Origin: the human T2T-CHM13v2.0 reference genome, Homo sapiens
DNA: 64,000 bases
Assembly (NCBI RefSeq): GCF_009914755.1
Contig: NC_060926.1
Direction: 5' to 3' (one strand)
The notes under the pieces are model-generated. The model was not told where the DNA came from. It did no database searches and worked only from the letters and a program-made list of their open reading frames with translations. The position numbers were made by a program, and so were the translations under genes. This document shows positions 13,240 to 29,249 of the stretch, piece by piece; the first letter of the stretch is position 1; each line of letters starts with the position of its first letter.

Positions 13240-15739
13240 AGAAATTTATATCTTTAAATGTATAGTTTGAAAAAAAAGTTGAAAATCAATTACTAAAACA
13301 TCCAACTTTAGGGGCCAGAAAAAGGACAACAAACCCAAGGAGAGCAGGAAAGAAATAATAAAAATAAAAGCAGAAAACAGTGAACAATAAACAGACATAC
13401 AGTAGGCAATATCAACAAAGCCAAACTGGTTTTTGGAAAATTAATTAAATGGATAAGCTGCTAGCATTACTGATCAAGAAAAGAGAGAGAGAAAAAAAAT
13501 CAATACAGATTCCACAAGCATTAAAAAGATACTATGAAAAGACTATGAACAACTTGTGTGAATAAGTTTGAAATTTAGATAAAATTAGTTTCTTTAAAAA
13601 GAAAATGTACTAAAATTGACACAAGATGAACAGAAAATCTTAAAAGTTCTACTAAAATATTTACTAAAGAAGTTGAATCTGTAATTAAAAGCCTTTCCAC
13701 AGATTAAACTCTCAGGTGGCTTTACTGGTGAATTTATTGTAAACATTTAAGAAAGAAATAGTGCCAATATTAAAAAATCATTCCAGAGAACAAAGAAGAA
13801 ACACTTTCAAATCATTTTATAAGCTTTCAATAACACTGATATCAAAACATGACAAGAACACTAGAAGAAAATTGCAAGGCCCTCATGAACACATGCACAA
13901 ACTCAGTATAAAATATTAGCAAGTAAAATCTAGAGGCATTTCAAAAGGGTAATACATCATGACCAAGTGGAATTTGTTCCAGAGTGTGAGGTTGGCTTAA
14001 CATTAAAAAATCAATCATTGAAATTCACTACATTAATGAAGGGGAAAAACCGTTATCAAGTTCACATTATTTTCGGCAACATTTTAGAATAATTGACCCA
14101 TATAAAATATGTGCAAAATATCTCCTAAAGAAGGAAAGAGATGCGTTGAAAATCAATATGACATTTTATGGATTTTTTAGTCTTGTGGTATAAAAATGGT
14201 TGTTACATCCCTGTTTATGTTTTAGATCATTGTGGTATAAGAGTGTCCTACCATTATTTTAAACAAAGTTCAGCTAATATTCCTTTTTATTCCAGAGAAA
14301 ATCTTGTAGTTGACTAGTTTTATAGTTAATGATGTTCATTTGCATTAGTCTAAGTATTGTTTTCCCATTTTAAAGATAAGCTTCTCTCATGTAAGCTTTA
14401 GGAGGGCAAAGATCTTGGTTTTGTTCATTGTTATAGCCCAAGCACATAGTGTCTGTCACACAGTAGGTGCTCCCCAAAATTTAAACTTTGCTGAATGTTG
14501 AATGAGTAAATAAAATTCAGAAAGATTTAGTGACGTGCCCAAGCTAACATTATTTTGGCATTTCTCTCTTCCTCACCCTCAGATTCACCTCCTTTCTCTT
14601 CATCCCTATGCTGTTTTCTTAGTTCATAGTGTTGTCACTTCTCACTTTCAACAGCCACCCTCACCTTTAGCCTTTCTTCTAATCTGTTCCCCACATTATA
14701 CCTTTGTCTCCTTTCTAAAGTGGGAATCATATCATGTCCTTCCCCTACTCATTTTTAGGGGCGACTTTAAAGGTAAAGCTCACCTGGGCTACATTCCGCG
14801 TACCTCTTTTCAGCCTCAACTCTCACTCATTTTCCTCAAGCCTTGCCCTACCATTCATGAGCTACTTGATGTTTCCTAATCTTAAATCTCCTTTCTCCTC
14901 TCCCTGCCCTTCCTTTCTACTCCCATTTTACCTGATTAATTCCATATCATCTCTCAAGACCTAATTATAGCCTTTTATGATTCCCATTCGTGCAACCTGG
15001 GTTAGGTGTCCCTCTTGTGTGATTGATTTCTTAGTATCCTGTGTATACCTCTACTCTAGTACCTATTGCACTATTTTATAATTCTCCATTTTCTAGATTG
15101 TCTCACTGCAAGCTCCTTGAGGATGGGGAATCATGTCTGGTTTACCTTTGTGTCCACTGTGTATCTCTCTGACACGGAACTTGACCTACAGCATCAGTGT
15201 CATCATCATAACTGACTTTTATGGAAAGCTTGCTATGGGCAAGCACTGTTCTAAACACTTTGCAAGTAGTAACTCATCTTAATCCTCATGACAATCTTAG
15301 AAGGCAGGTTCTATTATTATCTCCACTTTACCAATGAGAAATGGAGAGCTTAAAAGAAGCCTACTCAAGGTCACCCAGCAAAGAGGGAATAGAGCCAGAA
15401 TTTAAATTTAGCAGAGCCTATGCTCTAAGTACTTCATAATAATGCTTCAACAGCATTTTCTGAATGGATGAATCCAAGACTTGAATTCGGAGTCTCCTGG
15501 CCTCAAGTCCAGTGATGCTCTGCCATCTCACATACATGACTCAGCTCCCTCTCCGCCTCAGTCTCTCCAGGCACACGGTCTTAGCTAGATGGTAGAAACT
15601 GTTCTTTGTATTTTCCCTTATTTCTTTTATTTGCCAGCTCCAAATATGGGATATTCATGTATATGTAGAAGTTACACTCATAGCTGGTCTGTTCTTGTAT
15701 ATTATTTCAAGTAGTCCTACTCAGAAACACTTTTTGTAG

Positions 15740-15932
15740 AGTTGGGGCACCTACTGAAGAAGAGGAAGAAAGTGAAAGTGAAGATAGTGAAGACAGTGGT
15801 GGGGAGGAAGAAGATGCAGAGGAGGAAGAGGAAGAGAAAGAGGAAAATGAATCTCACAAATGGTCAACCGGTGAAGAATACATCGCTGTTGGAGATTTTA
15901 CTGCTCAGCAAGTTGGAGATCTTACATTTAAG
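15740..15932 (+). CDS. NPHP1: NPHP1 exon 5 (193 nt; first acidic Glu-rich domain and start of SH3, [20 protein letters not shown])
   Basis: TAG| acceptor, AAG|GTAGGT donor; GAA/GAG-rich. Confidence 0.96.
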
Positions 15933-17127
15933 GTAGGTAGAATAAGACTGAAACCTAACCTAAGGGTCGATGTCCATACCTAACAGAATAAGAAAACTCT
16001 GCCTGTACACCTGTATTACAGATTCTTAAAATGCAGTTTTATAACAATCTATTTAAATAAGTAATAATTACAATTTACAAGCAGTAGTAATATGAGATTG
16101 TGTTACTAAAGTTACCTCTTCTAAAGATTTTTGAAAGTAGCTTTAATGTTGAGAATTCCTAATTTAGGGGTAAAATTTTATAATTTGTTATTGAATGTCA
16201 TGTATAAATTCATTCAAGTGAGTTAGGCAATGTCCATAGGTGGAGGTAGAAGGGAGCACTTCCTGCCATTTTGTAGCAGTCTTTCCTGTTAGCTTAGATA
16301 TGAGAGGGGCTTACATCCATGCTTGGTTGGCCTGGGCATAAATAAGTGGCAGGTGGGACAGAACAATAAAGTTGTGATTTTTAAAGTTGTGATTTTGAGC
16401 CTGTGTTTTCTGCTAGAGAAATGAGCCAAAGAAATTTAAGTGAATATATGAATTTTAGTTCTTATATTAAACTTCAAAGTTTAGTAACTGATTAATAATA
16501 AAATACATAAGAATATTATGCAAATAATTATATGGTTTGATTTATAGATTTTTTTTTCAAATTCTCCTGGAAAATGGTATCAATATTAGACAATAATGTA
16601 TATTTTAATTAAGTGTTTGCTTTTGTAGTGTCCTTAGTGGTGGAAATGCTTTTGTCTTCAAAGATGAATTTTATTTTTATAAATGAGTGAGTGTTATTCA
16701 AAACATATCTGGTGAATTAAGTGGGTAATTATATTCAGTAAATACTATTTTTGCTCAAAAATAGGGTTTAACTTTAATGGAATTGATATTCTTTGGGAAT
16801 TTATATGCTGCTTCTGAAAGACACTTTTCCAGAGATATTAAAACATTCAAAAATATTTTACGCAGTAATTGAATTTTTGGAATAAGTATGGGGCCTTAAA
16901 AATGATTGTGAAAAATGGTTCCCATTTGCATAAATGGCTCAAGTGTATGTTAGGTAACCAAAAGGAATGATTCATTAAACTATGTCACATTTATGGTTTT
17001 AGGTGAGTTAGGCAGAATACATAGGGGTCGGGTGATAGGGAAGCTTTTGATAAACCTTAGGATAAATATTGGATTAAAAAAAGATTTTGCCTTTTTTTCA
17101 GCACATATTTTGAATCATTGGTATTGA

Positions 17128-17382
<255 letters not shown>

Positions 17383-17735
17383 TGACTTGAGATATAGAAT
17401 TTGCTTTAATTTTGGAGGGACAGGACCTGGGAAAAACATTGTGTATTAATGGTCCTGGGGACCTGTGAAGTGCTCTTACGCATGTGAGCCCTGGAACGTG
17501 ATCTCACAATGAGGGGATGCTTTGTGGATTAATGCTGATCATAACAAATAATAGGTGTCTATTGTTTATTGTAAAACATAACTGCAGTTAACTTTGTGTT
17601 AACTTCCACAAATATGTGATCCCCTTACTAAAATGTGAACATACTATACATGTGTGTTTGTAGCTTGTATTTTCTTATTTCATAAAATAACATGGTCATT
17701 TTCTGTGCCAAGATATATAGATTTCTGTCTGGATC

Positions 17736-18870
17736 AGCACTGTCCAGTAGAACTATGATGCAAACCACACATGTAATTTAAATTTTTCAGTAGCCACACT
17801 GAGATATCTTTTTGCTGATGCCACTTCTGACACCAAGTATGTGGTTTTTCTCTGACACCAAATATGTGTTATTACATCAGTTCTTCTACACCAACCGGTG
17901 TCAGCAATTCAATTCGATTCTGATGCTAATGCCTGGAGCTAGCACAGACCCCCACAGGTTAAAGGCTCAGTCCCACAAGATTGCTGCTCACTTCCGTTGC
18001 CAGTCACAAGTCCCAAGAGCCACCCATACTTCTGACTGACTGGCTATACATTCACGAGTTCCCATACCATCACCTCAGGGGTTCAGTAATTTACTAGAAT
18101 GATTCACAGAACTCAGGAAAACACTTTCCTTGCATTTACCAGTTTATTATAAAGGATGCAACTCAGGAACAGCCATAGAGTGAGGTATTGGTTGGGGGTG
18201 GCTGGCATGCACTCTCTGGGCCTTCCACCTTCCCAGCACTTCGCTGTGTTCACCATCCTGGAAGTTCCTGGAACCCCATCATTTAGGGGTTTTTCTGAAG
18301 GTTTCATTAGCCATGTTTAACTAAATCATTAGCAATTGGTGATTAACTCAGTCTCCAGCTCCTCTCCCCTCTTTGAAGGTTGGAGGGTGGGGCTGAAAGT
18401 TCTAACCTCTAATACCTGGGTTGGTTTTTCTGGTAACCTGTCCCCTTCCTGAAGCTGTTTAGGTGCCCACCTAGAATTACCTCATTAACATAAACTCAGG
18501 AGTGACTGAAGGGGACTCTTGATGAGTAAGAAAACATACTCCTATCATTCAGGAAATTCCAAGGGTTTCAGGAGCTCTGTGCCAGGAATCAGTGACAAAG
18601 AACAAATACATGTTTTTCATTACACACATTTTTAAAAAGTAAAAAGAAACAGGTAGAATTATTTTTAATAATATATTTTATATTATCCAGTATATCAAAA
18701 ATACTATTTTGACATATCAATATTTAAAAATATTGAGTTGTTTTGCTTTTTTAACATTAAGTTCAAAATCCAATGTGTGTTTTACATTTACAGCACTTCT
18801 CAGTTTGGATTAATTTCAAGAGCTCACTAGCTACATGTGGCCAAAGGGCTATTGTATTACATAGGGCAGG
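17736..18870. mobile_element. MER33 (hAT-Charlie) element split by a MER21-family LTR at ~17800-18624
   Basis: MER33 halves ...GTAGCCACAC / CACATTTTTAAAAAGTAAAAAGAAACAGG rejoin across a TG...CA LTR with a near-TSD CACAC/CACAT. Confidence 0.7.
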
Positions 18871-18979
18871 TCTAGATCATCTTTTTCAATGGCAGCAAGT
18901 CTTCTAATCTCATTTAGATGGTCATTGAAGTTGTTTCCAACCTATAATCACTATCGATTATGTTGCAAAGAACATGGGA

Positions 18980-19430
18980 TTAGCATCCACTGTCAGTTGC
19001 AAAAAGATCCCCCCAAAAAGTAGCTTAAATAAGGTAGAAGCCTATTTCTCTCAAGCATAAAAGTGTGGAGAAAAGCAATCAATAATTGGTTAAGATCCTA
19101 TCCAGTATTTTATCCTGTTTCTGATGTGAGGCTGCTCTGCCTAGAGTTATCTCTTTAGTTTTAAGTCAGCTGCTGGATCTTTTAAGGATTCCAAGGAGCA
19201 AAAGGGGAAAGAATTCAAAAGGCATAAGCTGCTGCCTTTTTAAGAAGGTTTCTTGGAAGTTACACAAAAAAACTTTCAACTGTTGCTCATTGACCAGCAT
19301 TTAGTTCTCTGGCAACAGTTAGCTGCAAGGAAGTCTTGGGAAATGTAGTCTTTTAACTGGATCATTGTTAAATCAGGGATTTTGTTTGAAAAAGGAGGTG
19401 GGGAATAGGTGGTAGCCAGCCAGCAACTTG
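18980..19430. mobile_element. Old MaLR (MLT1-type) LTR remnant inside an antisense L1 3' fragment (~18900-20420)
   Basis: Motif AGCTGCAAGGAAGTCTTGGGAAATGTAGTC; T-rich L1 3'-end sequence on both sides. Approximate. Confidence 0.5.
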
Positions 19431-20582
19431 TGTTGTCATCAAGCCTGCGTGCATCTTTGCACACTTGCCCGATTATCCCCTTAGATAAATTCCTAGATGT
19501 TCATCACTGGTTCAAAGGGTTTATAGCTTTATATTTTGATTTATTTTTCCAATTTGCCTTTTAGAAAAGTTATGCCAATTTGTACTCCCACCTCTAACAA
19601 TCAGTGAGTGCTGTTTCCTCACACAATTGCCAGTGATGGCTGTTAGCAATCTTTAAAATTTTTGCCAATATGACCAGCAAAAAAAGTGTCATTAGTGGTT
19701 TAATGTGCATTTACTGTACTCCTAATGAGGTTAAGCATCATCTCATATGCTTTATGACCATTTGTATATCTTCTTTGCGAATGGCACTTTCGGTTTTCTT
19801 TATTGATACATAATATTTTATGTATTTGTGTGAGTGCTTTTTACTTGTATGGATTGTGTAATAATCAAGTCAGGGTATTTGAGATTTCCATCACCTTGAG
19901 TGCTTATCATTTTTATGTGTTGGTACCTTTTCAGTTCTTTTGGATATTTTTTTCTAAGGGATTTAAAAAACTCTTTCATTGATTTCTAAGAGCTTTTATA
20001 ATATTTTAATAATCAGGATATTAATCCTTAGATATTTGTGTGAGCTATTTTCTTTTTTTCCCCTCAGGATATGCTTAAGTTATGTGTTAGATATTTTCTT
20101 TGTTGACTTTAGGTCATGTTTATTTATTATGTAGCTAAATCTGTCAGTGTTTCCACTTATGATTTTTGATTTTGTATCATGATTGGAAAGGGCTTCCCCA
20201 TCTCTAGATTATTTTCTTCTAATGCTTTTATGTTTCTTTTATTTTTATCTTTACGTCTTTTCTTTTTTATTTAAGTAAATTCCATCTGGAATTTATTTTG
20301 ATTAAACTTGCTGTCTATCTCAGTTCTTATTTTTTCAAATAGCAAAGTTATTAACCATGTGTTGAAAATTTATTTCCCACTGAGTTTTATATGCTCATCA
20401 TATATACTAAATTCCCATCTATGCTCAAGATTTTCTGAAAGTACTGATGCTTTTGTTTTTTTGTTTTTAAACAGAAAAGCTTGTTTTTGTTTTTACTGGA
20501 GGGTTAGGTGGCAGTACTGGTATTTTTATTGGTTGTTTTTTGCATTAGTTAAAAAGCACTTCACATTTCAATGGTTTTTTAG

Positions 20583-20753
<171 letters not shown>

Positions 20754-20981
20754 TAACTAATTCAATACTTTCTTGAAATGGAGACAACTTGTACCTGGAG
20801 AGCTTTTCATACTATTGTCTGCTTAAAGATCATTACTGTTTTAGTTTTGTAATTATTTTTAATACATTTAGCTCTACCTCGTTTTCATCTGGAAACTGTT
20901 AGATTTTCAAAACTTACTGATGATTATCAACTGTGATTAAAGAAGTTCCCTAATTGAGTGAATAGGCATAACCTGACCTGA

Positions 20982-21263
<282 letters not shown>

Positions 21264-21347
21264 TAGATAATTCATGGTGTCACTTGAGGACTTGGAAACA
21301 TTCTCATTGATCCTGCTTTCCTATCATTTGAGTGGAAACAGATGTTA

Positions 21348-21716
<369 letters not shown>

Positions 21717-21762
21717 TTAAAGGAGAAATGATCCATAATTCTGTCATTAAAAAAAAATTACA

Positions 21763-22105
<343 letters not shown>

Positions 22106-22588
22106 TCAAACTCATAAGTAATCACCATTAACAATTTAGTACGTGTCCTTCCTGACCTTTTTCGTTATTTATTACTTATAAGTACATCCTTGTATGTGTG
22201 AGGGTGTGTGTCTATGAGTAGTGTGTATGTGTATACAAAAAAAATCCATTAATTCTTCAGTGCATGTGATTTGCCAATAGACATTAACTTACCTGTGAAA
22301 TGGAAGCGCAGGGTGGAGCAGGACAGGAGCAGGGACATTTTGATAAGGGTATACTTGAAGCAGCTGCTCCGGAACACACAGCTCTGCACGCTGGGCACTG
22401 TATGGGGCTTAGGTCCTTAGGAGAGGCCAGGGTGCTGTGATGGCATCCTCTCAGGAATTTGGGGCCAAATCGTATTATTCTTCCACTAAAGTCTGTATGT
22501 TTATATTTTTCTTTTTTGGGTTATAGTTACTCTAGTGATAAAGTATTATAGAGATGCAGAAACATGACTGAAAACAAATCCATTTTGA

Positions 22589-22837
<249 letters not shown>

Positions 22838-24041
22838 TGACAGTGAGGAAAGATCCCTGATCCTATCAGAGGCCAGCCTGTTTACCAGTGCTCCGGGTTC
22901 CAGCCCCTTTCTTTTTTTCAAAAATGTGACTCCTTTAATTTTCAGCCCTTTCCTGTGTCTTTAGCTGGCCCACCTTCCCCACACTGGTTCATTCCCTCAT
23001 CTGTGCTATCAGCACACCTAATTCTCCCCACCTTAAAGGATCAGCCCCTTGAATCCTATCCCATTCTAGCCAAAACCTCCTTTTCTCTGATCTTCTTCCA
23101 AGCAAGACTTTTCCAAAGAATTATCTCCATTTGGAATTTTCATTTTCCTTACTCATTCTTGGCTTTCCCTGTATTTGGCAACTTTTGTCTATAAGCTCAT
23201 TTTAAAGAGGATTCATGCTGGGGGACAAGGGGTGTCCTGTATACCCTGAGTTGTTGAGTTGTCATGGAAGGGCTGCTTTGAGGATGCCTTTGCTGGGAAG
23301 GTTCTTCCCAGTACTCCCTAAATTCCCATCTTTTCATCCTTCAGGTCTCGCGGTAAATTCTGCCTTCCCAGAGATGCCTTCCTTGAGTAATGTGGGTTTC
23401 CCTTACTCCCATTCATGTGAACACCCTTTATAGCTCTATGTCCCCTAATAATTATTTTATTTATTTGCTTGTCTACTTATTTTCTAAGAAAATTTTCCTC
23501 CCATTCAACTGTAAACTATGGAGGGCAGGGGACATATCTCTGATTTATCTTTGTATTTCTAGAACCTGGTGTAGCATCTGGCAAGAGTAGAAGCTCAAAA
23601 ATTATTTCTCGAATGGATAAATGATGTTATTAAAAGTATTATTCATGACTAAAGCATGGAGGAAGAGCATAAAATGCTTTTGTGTTAAGAAGTAAAACTA
23701 ACGACTTTGTTTTTTCTGAAGTCTCCAAAAAGTGCTCATAGATTTCTGCATTTTACAAAAATATTTGAATGAATCCTTGTCATCATGGGGCATATTATTG
23801 GCCTAAAAGTCTTTCTTAAAGGTGCTTTAAGATGATCTTTTATGTGTTTGTATCTGTAAGTTTTGTACTGCTGTTTTTATCCATAAATCTATATTGGCGC
23901 TTCTATTTTGGAAAGCAAGTTCTTAGTAAGCAGCGTGGCATTTTGGAAGTGCCTGTACTCTAGTTCATAGCATAACATTATGGATTTTTGATTTGGAGTT
24001 TCTTTCTTTGTAAGAAAATGAAGAAAAAATGATTTTTTCAG

Positions 24042-24136
24042 GGAATCAATTTCGAGCAAATTACTTCTTACAACCAGAGCTCATGCCTTCACAACTGGCC
24101 TTCAGAGATCTGATGTGGGATGCTACAGAAGGCACT
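24042..24136 (+). CDS. NPHP1: NPHP1 exon 10 (95 nt; [32 protein letters not shown])
   Basis: TTTCAG| acceptor, ACT|GTAAGT donor. Confidence 0.96.
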
Positions 24137-24541
24137 GTAAGTATAGTTACTATCAGTAAAAGTGTAACTCTTCCAGATTTTGTCATAGTTGCAATTAGAC
24201 AAACAACATGTTAATTGACTAATGAATTATAAAAAACAAAAAAATTGTTTATGATAATTTTGAAAATAGCGATACTTTTATAACTAAGGCAGAATTTGGA
24301 CTTGCTACCTTGACTTTATCTTGTTTCTCTTCTCCATTGCACTCTTCTCTCATTGTTAGAAAGGAAATAATACTAGGTTTCTATCTTAATCATTCTTTGC
24401 CTCAATTTCTTCATCTGTAAAGATGGAGTAATAGTAATGCTTCCAACATAAAGTTATTTTGATAATTATGTGTGTGAAGGGTTTTGAATAATGCCTGGCA
24501 TATGAAAAGAACTCAATAGATGTTAGCCATTATTATCATTT

Positions 24542-24854
24542 ATAGTAGTAGTAGCAGTAGTAGTAGTATTTTTGAGACAGGGTCTCCCTCTGTCACCCAG
24601 GCTAGAGGGCAGTGGTGTGATCATGGCTCACTGTAACCTCAAATTCCTGGGCTCAAGCGACCCTCCCACTTCAGCTTCCTGAGTAGCTGGGGCCACAGGC
24701 CTACACCACCATGCCCAGGTAATTTTTGTATTTTTTGTAAAGATGGGGTTTTGCCACGTTGCCAGGCTGGTCTCAAACTCCTGAGCTCAAGCAATCTGCC
24801 CTCCTATCCCTCCCAAAGTGCTAGGATTACAAGTGTGAGCCACCAGTCCCAGTC
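24542..24854 (-). mobile_element. Antisense Alu (AluJ-like) with a (TAG)n microsatellite at the tail, intron 10, next to a MIR
   Basis: Reverse Alu 24569-24854; TAG repeats 24542-24568. Confidence 0.9.
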
Positions 24855-25483
24855 TAATATAAGTTATTTAAATGAAAAGGCTTATGACCGTAAAGCAGAA
24901 TGTAAAGTTTAATGAATTGAAGCTGTTCTTAAAAAATAAAAAATCAGAATGCCAATTTATTTACTCACAATCTGAATTATACCTATGAAGCAGATCTGAA
25001 TAAATATATCAGATAGTGCATTCTCTCTGTTAAAACACCTATTAAGAAACTAAGGAACTATGCAGATAATTGCTTGGAATAAAAAATAGTGGGGATAATC
25101 TTAATGCCAGGTGGCATTGGTTTTATGCTGCGTTAGCCTTCTGCACTTACCCACATTCTGTAGGAGTGAACCGGGACTGGAATACAGTGATTCTATAGTC
25201 ATAGATCATATACATTTTGCCTGCCAATATTTATTGTTCCTTTCATCACAGCTTTTAAGTATTTAAGAAAAATGCAATATTTCAAATGTAACTCTATGAA
25301 AAATTTACCTAAAATGACTGATTTAATTTTCAATGAACAGAGTATTGAAACTTTTATTGTATATGTGTAAATTTTTTCTTTTTTAAAAATTCTGTATACA
25401 TTTTCATAAGCCGAATTCACAAAAGACAGATTTGTGTTAGAAATCATAAAAATAAACTTTTTTATAACTAATTTTTCTTTCAG

Positions 25484-25612
25484 ATTAGGTCGAGACCAAG
25501 TCGTATTTCATTGATTCTGACATTATGGAGCTGTAAAATGATTCCTCTTCCAGGAATGAGCATACAGGTTCTCAGCAGACATGTACGCCTCTGTCTATTT
25601 GATGGTAATAAG
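25484..25612 (+). CDS. NPHP1: NPHP1 exon 11 (129 nt; [43 protein letters not shown])
   Basis: TTTCAG| acceptor, AAG|GTAAGG donor. Confidence 0.96.
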
Positions 25613-25784
25613 GTAAGGTTACTGAGAAGTAAATCAATTCATACTAGGATTATGGAGAAACATTCCCTTAGATTCTTTTCCATTCAACTCCTCCCCAATT
25701 CCCAAGAGAGTATTTTTTACCTAGTACCAAAGAAAAATTTGAATGACTCTTTGAAAAATTCATTTTTTAAATGAGATACAGGTT

Positions 25785-27860
25785 AAACAGTACTTAGATG
25801 GAAATTTATAGTTTTAATTGTGTATATTAAAAAAAAGATAAAAGATTTAAAGTCAGTGATCTAAGCTAGCAAATCAAGAGGCTAGAAAAAGAAGAGTGAG
25901 TTAAACCTGAAGAAAGTAGAAAGTGGGAAATAATACAGATAAGAGTAGAAATTAATGAAATAGAAAACAGATGGACCAAAGAGAAAATTTTAAAAAAGAC
26001 AAAAGTTGATTCTTTGAAAACATTAATAAAACTGAAAGATGCATAGTGAGACTATTAAGACTTTTTTAAAAAGTAAAAGAAAACAAACTATTAACATCTG
26101 ACATGGAAATAGAGACATTATCACAGATCCTTCAGACATTAAGAGGCCAATAAGGAGATATTATAAACAGCTTTATACCAGTAAATTTGACAACATTGAT
26201 GAAATAGATAAATTCCTGGAGAACCATAATTTACTGAAACTGGCATAAGAAGAAATAGAAAATGTGAATAACCTCTGGTAAAGATATTAAACCTATAATT
26301 AAAAAAAAATCTTGCCACAAAGAAAACTTCAGGCCTAGGTGGCTTCACCTGTGAATTTCTTCAAACATTTAAAGAAGAAATAATACCAATCTTATACAAA
26401 TTCTTCCAAGGAACAGATGAAGGAGAAATGTTTCCCAACTTATTTCATAAGGCCAGAAAAAACATGACCCCAGAATATGACAAGACATTACAAGAAAGGA
26501 AAATTACCAGACAGTATCCTTCATAGATATAGAAAGTAAAATTCTAAACAAAATATTATTAAATTGAATCTAGCAATATATAAAAAGGACATTATGTCAT
26601 AACCAATTGGGGTTTATTTCAGGAATTCAAATGTACATTCCTGGGTAATCACATTTAACATTTGAAAATCAATCATTATAATTTGCCATAAGAAAAATCA
26701 TATGATCATCTTAAGAGGTAAGGAAAAAACATTTGACAAATTTCAACACCCATTTATGATTTTTAAAAAATTATCTACAAACTAGGAATAGAAGGGAGAG
26801 TCCTCAAATTGCAAAATGCAACAAGAAAAAACCTAAAACTAGCATTATCTTACTTAACAGTGAAATACTGAACACTTTTTTCCTAAGACCAGGAACAAGT
26901 CAAAGATATCCAAGAAATAAAAAGATAACTCAGTTTTCTAAAGGGACAAAAGACTTGAATAGCCTCTTCAAAAAAGAAGTATCAAAAACCACTAGAAGTA
27001 TAAAAAGATAGTCAACATGTAAGAAGTCATCAGGGAAATGCAAATGAAAACCACAGTGAGAGAGACTGACCTATATGTTATATATAAGAAGCCCACCTTA
27101 AATATTATGCTATAGGTAGCTTAAGAGAAAAAAAGGATGAGAAAAGATATACCATTCAAAGTAGACTTCAGGCACTACATAGTGATAAAAGAGATCGTTC
27201 ACCAAGAAGACATAGTAATCCTAAGTGGGTACATACCTAACATCTGAAATTTAACATACAAGAAATAAAAATGGTTAGAACTGAAAAGAGAAACCGACAA
27301 AGTCACAATTATAGTTGGGGCCTCTATTATAGTTGGGGAGTTTAACACTTCTCTCTCAGTAATATAGGACAAGCAGACAGAAAATTAGTAAGGATGTAAG
27401 AGAACTGTATAACATATCAACAAACTGGATTAGATTGATATTCACATAACACTTCACCTCAAAATAGTAAAATACACTTTCTCTTAAGTACATATGGAAT
27501 AGTCACCAATATAGACGGTCCTGGGTCAGAAAACAAACCTAGACAAATTGAAAAGAATTGGAATCATATAATATATGGTCCTTGATTACATGGAATTAAA
27601 TTTGAAATCAGTAACAGGAAGATAAATGGAAAAATACTTAAATACTTGTAAATTTAAAAACTACTTCTAAATAATCAAAGGGTTAAAAGGAAATTTCATG
27701 GGAAATTAGAAAATATTTTGAACTGAACAAAAAATGAAAATGCAACATATCATAATTTGTGGAATGTTAGCTAAAGCATTGCTTAGAGGGACATTTATAG
27801 CACTAGATGCTTATGTTAGAAAAGAATTCTCAAATCTACAGTCAAAGCTCCTTCCTGAGA
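25785..27860 (+). mobile_element. Old L1M ORF2 fragments in non-collinear order
   Basis: RT-region sequence (GAAAATCAATCATTATAATT..., CATTTGACAAATTTCAACACCCATTTATGAT) precedes EN-region sequence (ATAGTTGGGGAGTTTAACACTTCTCTCTCAG). Confidence 0.7.
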
Positions 27861-28583
27861 AGACAGTGCTGCTTGAGCTGATAACGGTCAATGTGAAATT
27901 AAATGAGTTAATGTAAGGGAAGTTATCAGAGTGATGTTATACATGGAAAGAACATAGTTCTTTCAAAGAGTGTCTGGATGAGAGGTGGTGATGATAACTT
28001 AGAGAGGTGGAGGTGGAGATGAGAGATGTGGATAGAGATATCTGGGAGTAAAAATCAACGAAGCTTGGTGATGGACTGGATATGGAGGAGAGAGGAGGAG
28101 TGGGGTATAGGCATGACACCTAGTCTCTGACTTCCGCATCTGGATGGATGGTGGCAACATTCAATGAGATGGGGAACACTGGAAGAGGACCACGTTTGGA
28201 GGAGTTGACATGGGCTTGGTTTTGCACATGCTGAGTATACTGCTAACCCCCAGCATGAAGAAAATGCCTTTATTTCATCTGAACTTGGGGTAAAGAAATG
28301 AACTTATGTTATGACGGTAATCCTCCCTCACTTCCATAATACATTCTGCACAAAATCACTGCCACAAATGAGCCAGTAGGTGTCCTCAGTGACCAAGAGC
28401 TGAATTGGTTTCTGTTTCATACATCTGGTTTGATACTTTTTCCTGTACCTCTCTGTGTTCTCATATATAAGAACATAAAAAGGAATGGAATTTTATTTTC
28501 AATAATATATCAAAATAATGAAATTTACTTTATGAAAGAAATTTATGTGAGATTTCCAAATTGAGAGTTATGGAACATATTTA

Positions 28584-29174
<591 letters not shown>

Positions 29175-29249
29175 TTAGTCCACTGATTTATTTTTTTTCT
29201 CTTTGTTTTCTCTCTTTTTTGTTTGTCTCTTTTCTTTTTCCTATCTTCC

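Noticed and set aside
15742-15936. Lys/Arg-rich 64-aa ORF resembling an NLS protein
   Set aside because: Shifted-frame read of the Glu-rich exon 5.
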